A stretch of DNA of 64,000 nt from Clostridia bacterium (GTDB taxonomy: Bacteria; Bacillota; Clostridia; Oscillospirales; Acutalibacteraceae), in assembly GCA_030526115.1 (NCBI GenBank), contig JAUNDK010000002.1, positions 29,236 through 93,235 on the forward strand, given 5' to 3'. The notes beneath the pieces were generated by a model. That model made no database searches and was not told the origin of the DNA. It was given only the letters and a program-made list of their open reading frames with translations. The translations under genes were made by a program, and so were the position numbers. Shown piece after piece: positions 1 through 9,705 of the stretch (positions are counted from its first letter, which is position 1; each line of letters starts with the position of its first letter).

Positions 1-86
1 TATATTATATAGTATAAATATAAGAAATTCAACAAAAATAAAAGGTGGCACCGGATAACCGGTACCACCGTAAATTCGCTTTAAAA

Positions 87-902
87 TCAGCCGACTGTTG
101 AGAGGTCCCACTCCTCGTTCAGCTTTGGAACGTCGGAGATAAGTCTCTTTGTGTAAGCTGCTTTTGGATGAATGATGCACTCTTCTGCAGAACCCTGCTC
201 TACGAATACACCGTGCTCCATGATGTAAACGGAATCGGATACATAGTATGCAAGACCGATATCATGTGTGATGAAGATGATTGTCATGTTCTCTTCGTCA
301 CGGAGCTTTAAGAGGTAGTCGAGGATAGTAGCACGTGAGCATGCGTCGACCATTGATGTTGGCTCGTCAGCGATAAGAATCTTCGGCTTGAGGAGGAAGA
401 TACGTGCGATCATAAGTCTCTGCATCTGTCCACCGGAGAGCTCGAACGGATACTTATTTGTAAGCTCGGCAAACTTCAGGTTAACGAAGGAGCAGGCCTC
501 CTCCATCATCTTATACTTCTCTTCGTAAGGAAGGTTCTTACCACCACGAAGGTTGATACAGTCGAGAAGAACTGCGTCAATCTTGAAGAACTGGTTGAAT
601 GTTGCGAACGGATCCTGGAAGATAGCCTGAATGTTTTTCCAGTACTCTTTTCTCTTTTTACCTGTGGAAATATCTCTTGGCTCACCGTTGAAGTAAATTG
701 TACCTTCTGTAATACCGATAAGGCCAAGGATCATTTTAGCAATTGTTGTTTTACCGGAACCGGACTCACCAACAATGGAGATAACCTCTCTCTCGTGGAA
801 GTCGAAGTTTACCTTGTTAACAGCAGTTGTTCTTACTTTACCCATACCAAAGATCTTAGTGACGTCTTCGCCTCTAAGAACTGACTTTCCTAACTCAGCC
901 AT
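87..902 (-). CDS. Opp/Dpp-type ABC transporter ATP-binding protein (OppF-like)
   Basis: 271-aa ORF. Walker [12 protein letters not shown] signature LSGGQ, Walker [10 protein letters not shown]. 8-nt overlap with the upstream ATPase gene. Confidence 0.9.
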   Translation of the reverse strand: MAELGKSVLRGEDVTKIFGMGKVRTTAVNKVNFDFHEREVISIVGESGSGKTTIAKMILGLIGITEGTIYFNGEPRDISTGKKRKEYWKNIQAIFQDPFATFNQFFKIDAVLLDCINLRGGKNLPYEEKYKMMEEACSFVNLKFAELTNKYPFELSGGQMQRLMIARIFLLKPKILIADEPTSMVDACSRATILDYLLKLRDEENMTIIFITHDIGLAYYVSDSVYIMEHGVFVEQGSAEECIIHPKAAYTKRLISDVPKLNEEWDLSTVG

Positions 903-1902
903 TAGCGTACAACTCCTTCAGATATTTTTCCTCGAACAGGCAGCGATACTCACGGCCCGGTGCAGGCTTCTTAACAGGTGGTGCATAAACCATGCACTCA
1001 GGTGTTGCATACTTACAACGAGGAGCGAAGCGGCAGCCTGCAGGTGGATGTTTGAGGTTTGGAGGTGTTCCAGGAATAGCCTCGAGCTTGTTAGCCTTCA
1101 TGCCGTCCTCAGGAACGATGATGGATCCCATAAGGCCCTTTGTGTAAGGCATGATCGGGTCGAATACCATCTCGTGAGCTGTGCCCTTTTCAACAATCTG
1201 GCCTGCGTACATAACCATGATGTCGTCAGTAACCTGATAGAGAAGTGGAAGCTCATGTGTGATAAAGATCATGGACTTAACGAGACCCTCGTGCATAAGC
1301 TGCTTCATCATCTTGATAACCATCTTCTGAGATGTAACGTCAAGAGCGGAGGATGGCTCGTCAGCAATAAGAACCTTTGGTGAAAGAATTGTGGAGATAG
1401 CAATAACTGTTCTCTGCTTCATACCACCGGAAAGCTCAACAGCGTGCTTCTGGAGAACATTCTCAGGAAGACCGAGCTTTTCGAATCTCTCTCTTGCCAT
1501 GTCATAGATATCACCCTTTGACATGGAAGGATCGTGAACGTGAATAACGTTATTGATAAACTTAATGATTTTCTGTGTAGGGTTCAGAGCATTCATGGCT
1601 GCCTGAGGAATGTAAGCAATCTCGCTGCCGAGAATGTGCTTTCTGATGTAGTCAGGCTCCATACCGGAGATGTTCTGTCCGTCTACAATGATATCACCGC
1701 TCATGTAGTGGAGTGGTGCAAAATAGTAACCCATAAGGCTGAGCGCGAGTGTGGACTTACCACAACCGGACTCGCCGGCAACACCGAGAGACTTGCCTTC
1801 TTCGATGGTGAGAGAAACGCCGTCAACAGAGTAAACGTCCTCTTTCATACGGGTAACATATTTGGTTTTTAAATCGCGAACTTCAAGCATTACTTTTCCC
1901 AT
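895..1902 (-). CDS. Opp/Dpp-type ABC transporter ATP-binding protein (OppD-like)
   Basis: 335-aa ORF. Walker A GESGCGKS, signature LSGGMKQR, Walker [10 protein letters not shown]-terminal oligopeptide-type extension with CRFAPRC. RBS AAGGGGG lies 9 nt upstream. Confidence 0.9.
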   Translation of the reverse strand: MGKVMLEVRDLKTKYVTRMKEDVYSVDGVSLTIEEGKSLGVAGESGCGKSTLALSLMGYYFAPLHYMSGDIIVDGQNISGMEPDYIRKHILGSEIAYIPQAAMNALNPTQKIIKFINNVIHVHDPSMSKGDIYDMARERFEKLGLPENVLQKHAVELSGGMKQRTVIAISTILSPKVLIADEPSSALDVTSQKMVIKMMKQLMHEGLVKSMIFITHELPLLYQVTDDIMVMYAGQIVEKGTAHEMVFDPIMPYTKGLMGSIIVPEDGMKANKLEAIPGTPPNLKHPPAGCRFAPRCKYATPECMVYAPPVKKPAPGREYRCLFEEKYLKELYANG

Positions 1903-1920
1903 AATAGTTAACCCCCTTTA

Positions 1921-3219
1921 TTAGTCTCTTAACTGTGGATTGAATACCTGGTCGAGACCTGTATTCATCAGGTTGAGAGAGAATGTGATGAGAGCGATAG
2001 AGAAGATAACAGGTAAGAATGCCCACCACATGCCCTGAGTATGTGCGTTGAAGGAGAGTGCCCAGTGCATCATAAGACCAAGTGTTGAAACCTCAGTAGT
2101 TGCAGGTCCAAGGCCGAGCATGGAGAGCTGTGCCTCAGCAAGAATACCGGAGGAAATCTGGAGGATAAATGCCATTACAACGTAAGAAGCAACGAATGGG
2201 AGAATATCCTGGATGATGATCTTAACTGTGCTGTGACCGGAGATCTTGGACATGTTAACGTGGTCACGGTTTCTGAGTGAGAGAACCTGTGAACGAACGG
2301 AACGTGCTGTCCATGTCCAGCCGGTGAAGCCGATGAGAAGAGCAATGAGTGTAACACCTCTGTGAGATCCACCGACAGCGTTCGCAATGAGGATAAGGAG
2401 AACGAAGGATGGGATAACTGTGAAGAGGTTTGTGAAGAATGTGATGATGTTATCGAGAACGCCACCGATGAAACCTGCGAGAAGACCGAGTGTCATACCG
2501 ATGAGAGTTGCAATGCAACCTGCGATGAGACCGATTCTCATGGAAACAAGAATGGAAGATGTAAGCTCTGTGAAAACATCACGACCGAAGTTATCGGAAC
2601 CGAGGATGAGTGTGTATCTTGATGCAACGTCCTTTGTGTTAACGAATGCATTCATAGGTACCTTGCAGTCCTCCTGGAGACCGTTCTCGCCCTTGGAAGC
2701 AAGAATGAGAGCCTCGTTGGAAAGCATAGTCTGAACTTTCTTGTCGATCTGGTTGTACTTGTTTCTTTCAGCCTTTTTGATTGTCTTAGGCATTACGCTG
2801 AAGTCGTAGTACTTTTCCCAGTCTGCGCAAACTGCGTACATGTCGTCAATTGTGAGCTCCTGAATCTTTGCTGCATCGTCTGCGTTAATGTCAGGAATAT
2901 ACTCAGCTGTTGCGTATGTGTGGAGCCAGTCAACCATCATCTGACGGCTGTCGGCGTCAAGTCTGTGTGCGAGTCTGTTAGCGGATGTATCAACATCGAA
3001 CTTAACAGAGGAGTTGTCTTTTACAAGCTCTACTGCGTCAGCTACGTTTACGTATGTACCCGGAGCTGCGAAACCACCGTTCTTCTGAACAACGTTCTGA
3101 AGAGGACCGAAGTCTGCAAAGAGTGGCCATGCAAGAGATGTAATGAGAAGTACCATGAACAGGATGAAGCCGATCAGGAACTTAGGTGAAGAAAAAACGT
3201 TTTTTAATGTCTGTTTCAT
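1921..3219 (-). CDS. ABC transporter permease (OppC/DppC-like) with a large extracytoplasmic insert
   Basis: 432-aa ORF. N-terminal TM helix, then a hydrophilic stretch of about 170 aa, then a typical BPD-type permease core (five further TM segments). GGAGGG RBS. Confidence 0.85.
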   Translation of the reverse strand: MKQTLKNVFSSPKFLIGFILFMVLLITSLAWPLFADFGPLQNVVQKNGGFAAPGTYVNVADAVELVKDNSSVKFDVDTSANRLAHRLDADSRQMMVDWLHTYATAEYIPDINADDAAKIQELTIDDMYAVCADWEKYYDFSVMPKTIKKAERNKYNQIDKKVQTMLSNEALILASKGENGLQEDCKVPMNAFVNTKDVASRYTLILGSDNFGRDVFTELTSSILVSMRIGLIAGCIATLIGMTLGLLAGFIGGVLDNIITFFTNLFTVIPSFVLLILIANAVGGSHRGVTLIALLIGFTGWTWTARSVRSQVLSLRNRDHVNMSKISGHSTVKIIIQDILPFVASYVVMAFILQISSGILAEAQLSMLGLGPATTEVSTLGLMMHWALSFNAHTQGMWWAFLPVIFSIALITFSLNLMNTGLDQVFNPQLRD

Positions 3220-3235
3220 GTGTAAGCCCTCCTAA

Positions 3236-4252
3236 TCAAGACTCCATCTGGTTTGCCTTAACTCGAGGATCAATGAAGCCATAGAGAATCTCGATAACGA
3301 GGTTAGCGATAAGAACCATGACTGTGATGATGAGTGTGCAACCAGAGAGAAGTGGATAGTCACGTCCTGTTACGGAGCTGAGAAGTGCAGAACCGACGCC
3401 AGGATATGAGAATACCTGCTCAGCAATGATGTTACCGGAAAGCATAGTACCGAAGCTCATTGCAAGACCTGTAACCTGTGGGAGCATAGCGTTTCTGAAA
3501 ACGTAAGTGATGATCTTGCTGTCCTTGATTCCGAGGAAGCGGCTGTACTTTACATAGTCAGCGTTAAGCTCGTAAATGGACATAGATCTCATACCGATTG
3601 CCTGACCACCGATTGTGATGAGAACAACGGAGCAGAATGGAAGGATCCAGTGGCTGAGAACGGACTGAATGAAAGCCCAGCTCATGTTTGGAACCATATC
3701 GAAGCCGTAACCGCCTCCGGAAGGAGCTATCTTAAGCTGAATAGCGAAGAGCCAGAGGAGGATTGTTGCCATACCGAAAGCAGGCATGTTGGAAATGAAC
3801 ATGAAGACCGGCATAACAACCTTATCGAAGCCCTTACGAATGTATGCTGCGATACATCCGAGGAAGTTACCGAGGCACCAACCTACGATGATAGCCGGTA
3901 ACTGAAGTCCAAGTGTCCAAAGAACAGAAGAACCGATAATATTAGAAACTGTACGAGGATACTGGGAGAAAGATGTTCCCATATCACCCTTAAGTAAATT
4001 TCCTACATAAAGCCAGAACTGCTGGAAATAGGACTTATCAAGTCCGAATCTCTGAATGTACTGCTCCTGAATCTGCTTGATAGCTGAAGCATCTGTCATA
4101 CCTGCGGTAGCGTTGCTGACGATTGTAGCAATCGGGTTACCCGGCATAAGACGAGGCAGTATAAAGTTAAGAATCAGTGCACAGAAGAATGTAACGACGT
4201 ACCAAGCGATTCTGCCGCCGTAGTACTTAATATATCCTTTCAATACCATCAC
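3236..4252 (-). CDS. ABC transporter permease (OppB/DppB-like)
   Basis: 338-aa multi-TM ORF with a binding-protein-dependent permease core. The start is uncertain: GTG 4252, ATG 4249, or TTG 4243 (the TTG is best spaced from GAGGTG). Confidence 0.85.
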   Translation of the reverse strand: MMVLKGYIKYYGGRIAWYVVTFFCALILNFILPRLMPGNPIATIVSNATAGMTDASAIKQIQEQYIQRFGLDKSYFQQFWLYVGNLLKGDMGTSFSQYPRTVSNIIGSSVLWTLGLQLPAIIVGWCLGNFLGCIAAYIRKGFDKVVMPVFMFISNMPAFGMATILLWLFAIQLKIAPSGGGYGFDMVPNMSWAFIQSVLSHWILPFCSVVLITIGGQAIGMRSMSIYELNADYVKYSRFLGIKDSKIITYVFRNAMLPQVTGLAMSFGTMLSGNIIAEQVFSYPGVGSALLSSVTGRDYPLLSGCTLIITVMVLIANLVIEILYGFIDPRVKANQMES

Positions 4253-5138
4253 CTCATAAATACTGAAGATTATTTACGGTTTTTAATTGATAACCGACCA
4301 AATTCGGTTCCAATCTTTTCCACCCATGCACTTGGGTGTCCCGAATGCCGTATCATCCGGATTTGCGGAGGGGCGTTTCTTTCCGTTTTGCAACTTCGTA
4401 GGAGTTTCGTCCGAAAAGATATTTTTATCATTTTTTACATTATGCATTCCCTGCTTCATTGTAACCGGCGCCCCTTCTCGTGATTGTGGAGTTATCACAA
4501 TTCGGTTTACCCTGTCAGTTGAAGTCCCTGATGCAGCCTGTAAAAGCTGATAAATTAAAGTTCAAACCGGTTTGTTACCCGTCTTTTCCCTTAACCTGCC
4601 CGAAATCACTCGGGTATGTTATAAAGAAAAAACTTCGGAAATTTTCATTCACCTCAGACCCGCCAGTGCAGACAGATTTTCAGAAAATTACGATTTCACA
4701 AATCAGATTGAATTTTGTGCCATTTTCAATGCGGATAGTCTCCGGATTTATCGGCATGACTGCCGTGTACCGGCAAGGGACAATTCTGCTTATTTTTAAG
4801 ATTTAAACCTCAAAAAGGCGCAGTTTAGACGGTATTGACCCTTTGTACTATGAAATAATAACACTTTTGAAATTAAACTTCAAGGCAGATTTTGACCCTT
4901 TTGCACAGTTTTCTGTCATCTTGGCAAAATCCCATTTAGTCAATTTGTAATATTTGTATAAATTATGAACGTCTTTTTACATATTTTAATACCCATAAAA
5001 AATAAAACCGTCCATTATCCTCAAAACGATGTGGCTATTATCGCAAAACTTTTGACAACTCGTTTCGAAAGATATATATACCATAATTATACATAAAAGT
5101 TTTTCGGTCATTTTTGTGCATTTTTACAATCAGGAATA

Positions 5139-5174
5139 CAAAAAAGACAGCCGGGAAATTAATCTCAGCTGTCT
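5139..5174 (-). terminator. Rho-independent terminator downstream of solute-binding protein gene 1
   Basis: Stem AGACAGC/GCTGTCT (5145-5151 and 5168-5174), followed on the minus strand by TTTTTT. Confidence 0.7.
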
Positions 5175-5502
5175 CTGGCTTTTTATACTCTCGGTCTTTG
5201 GGAAAATCAGATGATAACAGAGGTTAAGGTGTCGCTCCGCATAAATACAACTGCCTGATAGCCTTCTGTTTTTCCGTTTCTCCGAATTTCATCAGCATTG
5301 CAGGGTATTGTGCCGTCTAACTCACTTTACCGGGCTTTGCAGTCTGTCTTCGGCAGTACATCAGTTGACCCTCATTCCGAAAATAACAATATTAATTTCG
5401 ATTTATTCTAACATATTTGGTCACTTTAGTAAAGCATGAGCAGATAAATTAACTATTTTACCCAAATTCTGATTTTGTCTTATATGCTGAATATAATCCC
5501 GT

Positions 5503-7299
5503 TTATTCCTCAATGGGAACGATATTGTAAAGTGCGGCGATTCCGTAACCGCCTACGCATACTGTGGGCGGAATATCGCTGCCGTCATCAGCTTCGGGAA
5601 AACCTGTCCATACAGTCTCATTAACCGTGTGGAAATAGGCAGGTCTGTACATAAGAGAGATGTTCGGGCATTCTGTGAGATAGATTTCGTTAAGCCTTGC
5701 CCATGCCTCGACATATCTCTCGGATTCAGGATCGAGAGTCGGAATCTCTGCGAGAAGAGCATCTGCCTCTTCGTTATACCATCTGCTGTATCCGTTTGTG
5801 ATTCTCTCAGGGAACTCTCCGCCCCAGCCGTAAAGACCGAGATATGCACCTGACCACGGCTGTGCCACACCGACACCACCCATGGAGTTCATGGCAATAT
5901 CAAAATTACCTGTCTGAATATCTTCGTTCCACACAGATGTTTCGGGAAAGTAGGTCTCCAGACCAAGACCTATCTCTCTTCCCGCCTCGGCAACAATCTC
6001 AAGGGCTGCGTTCCAGTCGGTAAAACCTGCAGGACACTCACATCTTGCTGTTATATTAATTCCGTTATATTCGCGTATTCCGTCGCCGTCTGTATCGATA
6101 ATACCTGCTTCATCCAGCATTATTCCTGCGCCCTCAACATCTCTGCCGGCAAAATTCAGCGCCTCGAGATCTGTTATTTCACAGCATTTCTGGTACAGGT
6201 CCTGATTAAGAGGGCTGAACAGCGATCTCGGTATTTCAGTAAATGTGTAGGAATATCCCGACATGGCAGATGCAATAATCTGATTGTAATCTATTGCCAT
6301 GCTCAGGGCACGTCTCACCACAGCCTGATTAAGCCCCTCTTTCTGACAGTTGAAGTAGAGAGAAGGCATCTGGGCATCGAGGTGGTACGGCGGCTCATAT
6401 AAATAGGTTGATATCGGAAGCCCTTTCTCTTCCCAGTAAGTCCAGACATTTGGCATGAACTGCTGGTTGACATCTATCTCCCCTGCCTCGAAAGCAACTG
6501 CCTGGGCATCGTTACCCGTGTAAATATTGTGGCAGAGGTACTTAGGATGCGGAAGCGCGACCCACATGGATTCAGCCTGACCCCAGTAATTGTCATCTCT
6601 CTCATAGAGAACCTTTTCATCGTTATGAACAGTTATATCATAAGGGCCGGAATGGGGAGCATCCCACCAGCCGTCATTTTTGAATCCCTCGGCATCATCC
6701 CCGTACTCGGCAGATTTAGCTTCAAGATATTCTTTCTGAGCCACAAACAGATAGTGGAGATACTGCTCCATTTTCAGAAAGTTATAATTTTTCTCATTTG
6801 CCCTGATTACAACAGTCAATTCGTCAACAGCCTCGACAGCAGAGATATACTTGCCGAAATCCACACCATAGGTGGACTTATACTTCTGATGTGTCTGCCA
6901 TGTCGCCTGAACATCAGCCGTTGTAAGAGGAGAACCATCACTCCAGTGGGCATCTTCCTTGAGCTTTACGGTAATACATGTTCTTTCCTCATCTGTTTCG
7001 GGGTCTCCATCTGCAAGAAGAGGATAAAGCTCACCGTTAAGCATATTATACATGTACAGGGTTTCGTAAACCACACAGTCGGCATTATCCGCCTGACCCT
7101 GTGCCATAAGCTGGGAAACCGAAGAAAACGGATTTGCATTGTTCGCCTTCACAGACTGAAGACCACCTATATATAATGTTTCGTTTCTCGGTGTGCTCAC
7201 AGGAACACTTTCCGCATCCTCTGCAAAAGCTGTAAAACTCAGTAACAGTGTCAGCACAAATACAAGAATCACAGCTGTTAATCTCTCAAACTTTTTCAT
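5503..7299 (-). CDS. Family-5 (OppA/DppA-like) extracellular solute-binding protein, paralog 1
   Basis: The ORF track gives 622 aa. I place the start at internal Met MKKFERL (7299), giving about 598 aa. It has a signal peptide ending AFA/ED and is paralogous to the three upstream genes (TPRNETLY.GG, AHWSDG.P.TA.DV, DDNYWGQ, ITNGYSRWYNE, LTECP motifs). Confidence 0.85.
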   Translation of the reverse strand: MKKFERLTAVILVFVLTLLLSFTAFAEDAESVPVSTPRNETLYIGGLQSVKANNANPFSSVSQLMAQGQADNADCVVYETLYMYNMLNGELYPLLADGDPETDEERTCITVKLKEDAHWSDGSPLTTADVQATWQTHQKYKSTYGVDFGKYISAVEAVDELTVVIRANEKNYNFLKMEQYLHYLFVAQKEYLEAKSAEYGDDAEGFKNDGWWDAPHSGPYDITVHNDEKVLYERDDNYWGQAESMWVALPHPKYLCHNIYTGNDAQAVAFEAGEIDVNQQFMPNVWTYWEEKGLPISTYLYEPPYHLDAQMPSLYFNCQKEGLNQAVVRRALSMAIDYNQIIASAMSGYSYTFTEIPRSLFSPLNQDLYQKCCEITDLEALNFAGRDVEGAGIMLDEAGIIDTDGDGIREYNGINITARCECPAGFTDWNAALEIVAEAGREIGLGLETYFPETSVWNEDIQTGNFDIAMNSMGGVGVAQPWSGAYLGLYGWGGEFPERITNGYSRWYNEEADALLAEIPTLDPESERYVEAWARLNEIYLTECPNISLMYRPAYFHTVNETVWTGFPEADDGSDIPPTVCVGGYGIAALYNIVPIEE

Positions 7300-7394
7300 A
7301 AAAATCCTCACCAGACAGATATATCTTTTAAAGTTTATTATACACCTATTTATAATCAAGTACATACACAAAAGTGCAATATTATCGTTTTAAC

Positions 7395-7429
7395 ACAAAA
7401 AATCTCCGGCAGTTGTGCTCTGCCGGAGA
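7395..7429 (-). terminator. Rho-independent terminator after SBP paralog 2
   Basis: 10-bp stem TCTCCGGCAG/CTGCCGGAGA, followed by TTTTTTG on the minus strand. Confidence 0.85.
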
Positions 7430-7486
7430 CATTGTTATTCACTTAGTCAGGTGAATCCCTGAATCATTTAATTGTCAAGTTATAAA

Positions 7487-9286
7487 TTAACCCTCAACAT
7501 TAACGATTTCATAGAGAGAAGCGATACCATAACCACCGATGCAGATCTGTGGAGGAATGTTTGTACCGTCGTCCTGCTCTGGGAAGCCAGTCCATACGCA
7601 CTCGTTAACCTCGTGGAAGAGAGCTGGTCTGTACATAAGAGCAACAGATGGGCACTCTGTGAGATAAATCTCATTGAGTCTTGCATAAGCCTCGATAGCC
7701 TCATCTTCGCCCATTGTTGGGATAGCTGCGAGAAGAGTATCAACCTCTTCGTTGTACCATCTGGAGTAACCGTTTGTGATTCTCTCAGGGAACTCGCCGC
7801 CCCAACCAAAGAGAGCATTGTAGTATCTGTTCCATGGCTGTGCATAACCACAAGCACCTGTACCGGTCATGATGATGTCGAAGTTACCTGTCTGGAGGTC
7901 TTCTGTCCAAACTGTGGACTCTGGGAAGTAAGTCTCGAGACCGAGGCCAATCTCAGAACCGCAGGCTGCAACGATTTCAAGAGCACCGTTCCAGTCTGTC
8001 CAACCGGATGGGCATTCGCATCTGAGAACGATCTTCTCGCCGTTGAACTCTCTGTATCCGTCGCCGTCTTCATCAAGGTATCCTGCCTCATCGAGGATAG
8101 CGTTTGCTGTGTCGTAGTCCTTGCCAGCGAAGTTGAGAGCCTTGAGGTCAACGATTTCGTTGCACTTCTCATACATAGCCTGCTCAGCGTCTGTTGGGTT
8201 GAAGAGGGAATGTGGAACCTCTGCGAATGTGTAGGAGTAACCGGACATTGCGGAAGCGATGATCTGATCGTAATCGATTGCGTTGGCAATAGCACGTCTG
8301 ATATCCGGATCGTTTGTAACATCCTGCTGGCAGTTGAACCAGATTGATGGCATGGAAGCATCTACGAAGTATGGAGCCTCAGGGATGTATGTGGAAACAT
8401 CAAGGCCCATGTCTTCCCAGTATGTCCAGATGTTAGCAACGAACTGCTGGTTAACGTCGATTTCACCATTCTGGAAAGCAACAGCCATTGTGTCGTTACC
8501 GGAGAATGTGTTGTGGCAGAGGTACTTAGGATGTGGAAGCTCGCCCCACATGGACTCGTCCTGGCCCCAGTAGTTTTCATCTCTTACAAAGAGAACCTTC
8601 TCTTCGTTATGAACAACTAATGTGTATGGACCGGAATGAGGAGCATCCCACCAGTAGTCTGTCTTGAATGCTTCGGAGTTGTCTTCGCCATACTCTGCCC
8701 ACTTGGAGTCGATGTATGCCTTCTGAGCAACGTATACATGAGGGAGATAAGCCTTCATCTTGATTGGGTTGAAGTTCTCTTCCTTAGCTGTGAATACTAC
8801 TGTGTAATCATCAGTAGCCTCAACTGTCATGTACATACCGTAGTCAGCACCGATGTTGGAGCCTGCCTTGACATGAGAATCAAATGTAGCAACAACGTCA
8901 TGAGCTGTAAGAGGAGTACCGTCGGACCAGTGAGCAGCCTCTTTGATTTTAACTGTGATAGTCTTCAGATCTTCGGAATACTCAGGCTGTCCGTCAGCGA
9001 GAAGTGGATAGATCTGACCATCGAGCATGTTGTACATGTAAAGTGTCTCATAAGTCTCAACATAAGAATAGTCGGACTGATCCTGAGCCATACATGATGA
9101 GTTTGGTGAGAATACGTTGATATCGTTGGCCTTAGCCTGGCTGATACCACCAAAGTAGAGTGTCTCATTTCTTGGAGTTGTACCGTTTTCGAGATCGGCA
9201 ACTTCGTCAGCTGATGCTGAAACGCCCATTGTGAGGGCCATGGCAAGAACGAGAACGAGTGCAAATACTTTGCGCCAGTTTTTCAT
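7487..9286 (-). CDS. Family-5 extracellular solute-binding protein, paralog 2
   Basis: Start moved to MKNWRKV (9286), preceded by GGAGGA. Signal peptide ends ASA/DE. Same conserved blocks as the other paralogs. Confidence 0.88.
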   Translation of the reverse strand: MKNWRKVFALVLVLAMALTMGVSASADEVADLENGTTPRNETLYFGGISQAKANDINVFSPNSSCMAQDQSDYSYVETYETLYMYNMLDGQIYPLLADGQPEYSEDLKTITVKIKEAAHWSDGTPLTAHDVVATFDSHVKAGSNIGADYGMYMTVEATDDYTVVFTAKEENFNPIKMKAYLPHVYVAQKAYIDSKWAEYGEDNSEAFKTDYWWDAPHSGPYTLVVHNEEKVLFVRDENYWGQDESMWGELPHPKYLCHNTFSGNDTMAVAFQNGEIDVNQQFVANIWTYWEDMGLDVSTYIPEAPYFVDASMPSIWFNCQQDVTNDPDIRRAIANAIDYDQIIASAMSGYSYTFAEVPHSLFNPTDAEQAMYEKCNEIVDLKALNFAGKDYDTANAILDEAGYLDEDGDGYREFNGEKIVLRCECPSGWTDWNGALEIVAACGSEIGLGLETYFPESTVWTEDLQTGNFDIIMTGTGACGYAQPWNRYYNALFGWGGEFPERITNGYSRWYNEEVDTLLAAIPTMGEDEAIEAYARLNEIYLTECPSVALMYRPALFHEVNECVWTGFPEQDDGTNIPPQICIGGYGIASLYEIVNVEG

Positions 9287-9625
9287 GTGAAAAATCCTCC
9301 TTAAAGAATGACCCTGCGCACAATCAGGACCTACGTTGTCATTATTATACATTAATGTTTTCAAATTAGCAATATAATTTTGTCATTTTTGCACAGTTTG
9401 TTAATATTGTGTAAACAGACAACAACATGTTTTTACCATATGCACAACCATATGATTCAGGTTGTCTATGCACAGTGTACATCTGTATTTCCGTCATGCT
9501 CATATTTATACTCTATTTATATGTTTCTGTCCAATATACCTCACTTTCAAACCAAAACAGCGGATAATCAGCTTACACACTTTTAATATAAGTTGTCAAA
9601 AGTTCTGTTCTTCTTACCTGAAAAC

Positions 9626-9660
9626 GCAAAAAATCCCCGACAGATTTCTCTGCCGGGGAA
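9626..9660 (-). terminator. Rho-independent terminator after SBP paralog 3
   Basis: Stem TCCCCGGCAG/CTGTCGGGGA (one mismatch), followed by TTTTTTG on the minus strand. Confidence 0.8.
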
Positions 9661-9705
9661 GTTTATTCAGCTAATTATTACAACTATAATTTAAGATGGA
9701 TTAAA

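Noticed and set aside
4283-4806. Track ORFs in the oppB-SBP gap (4283..4498 minus; 4287..4550, 4480..4806 and 4572..4799 plus)
   Set aside because: They have no Shine-Dalgarno sequence in front, they overlap each other in different frames, and no recognisable motif appears. I treated the region as non-coding or structured RNA, or as a possible pseudogene remnant (see finding).
5052-5185. Plus-strand promoter-like TTGACA-17-TATATA, followed by the 5145..5174 hairpin, which could define an sRNA of about 95 nt
   Set aside because: Promoter-like hexamers are expected by chance in this AT-rich stretch. The hairpin's T-run fits the minus strand (the SBP1 terminator) much better than the plus strand.
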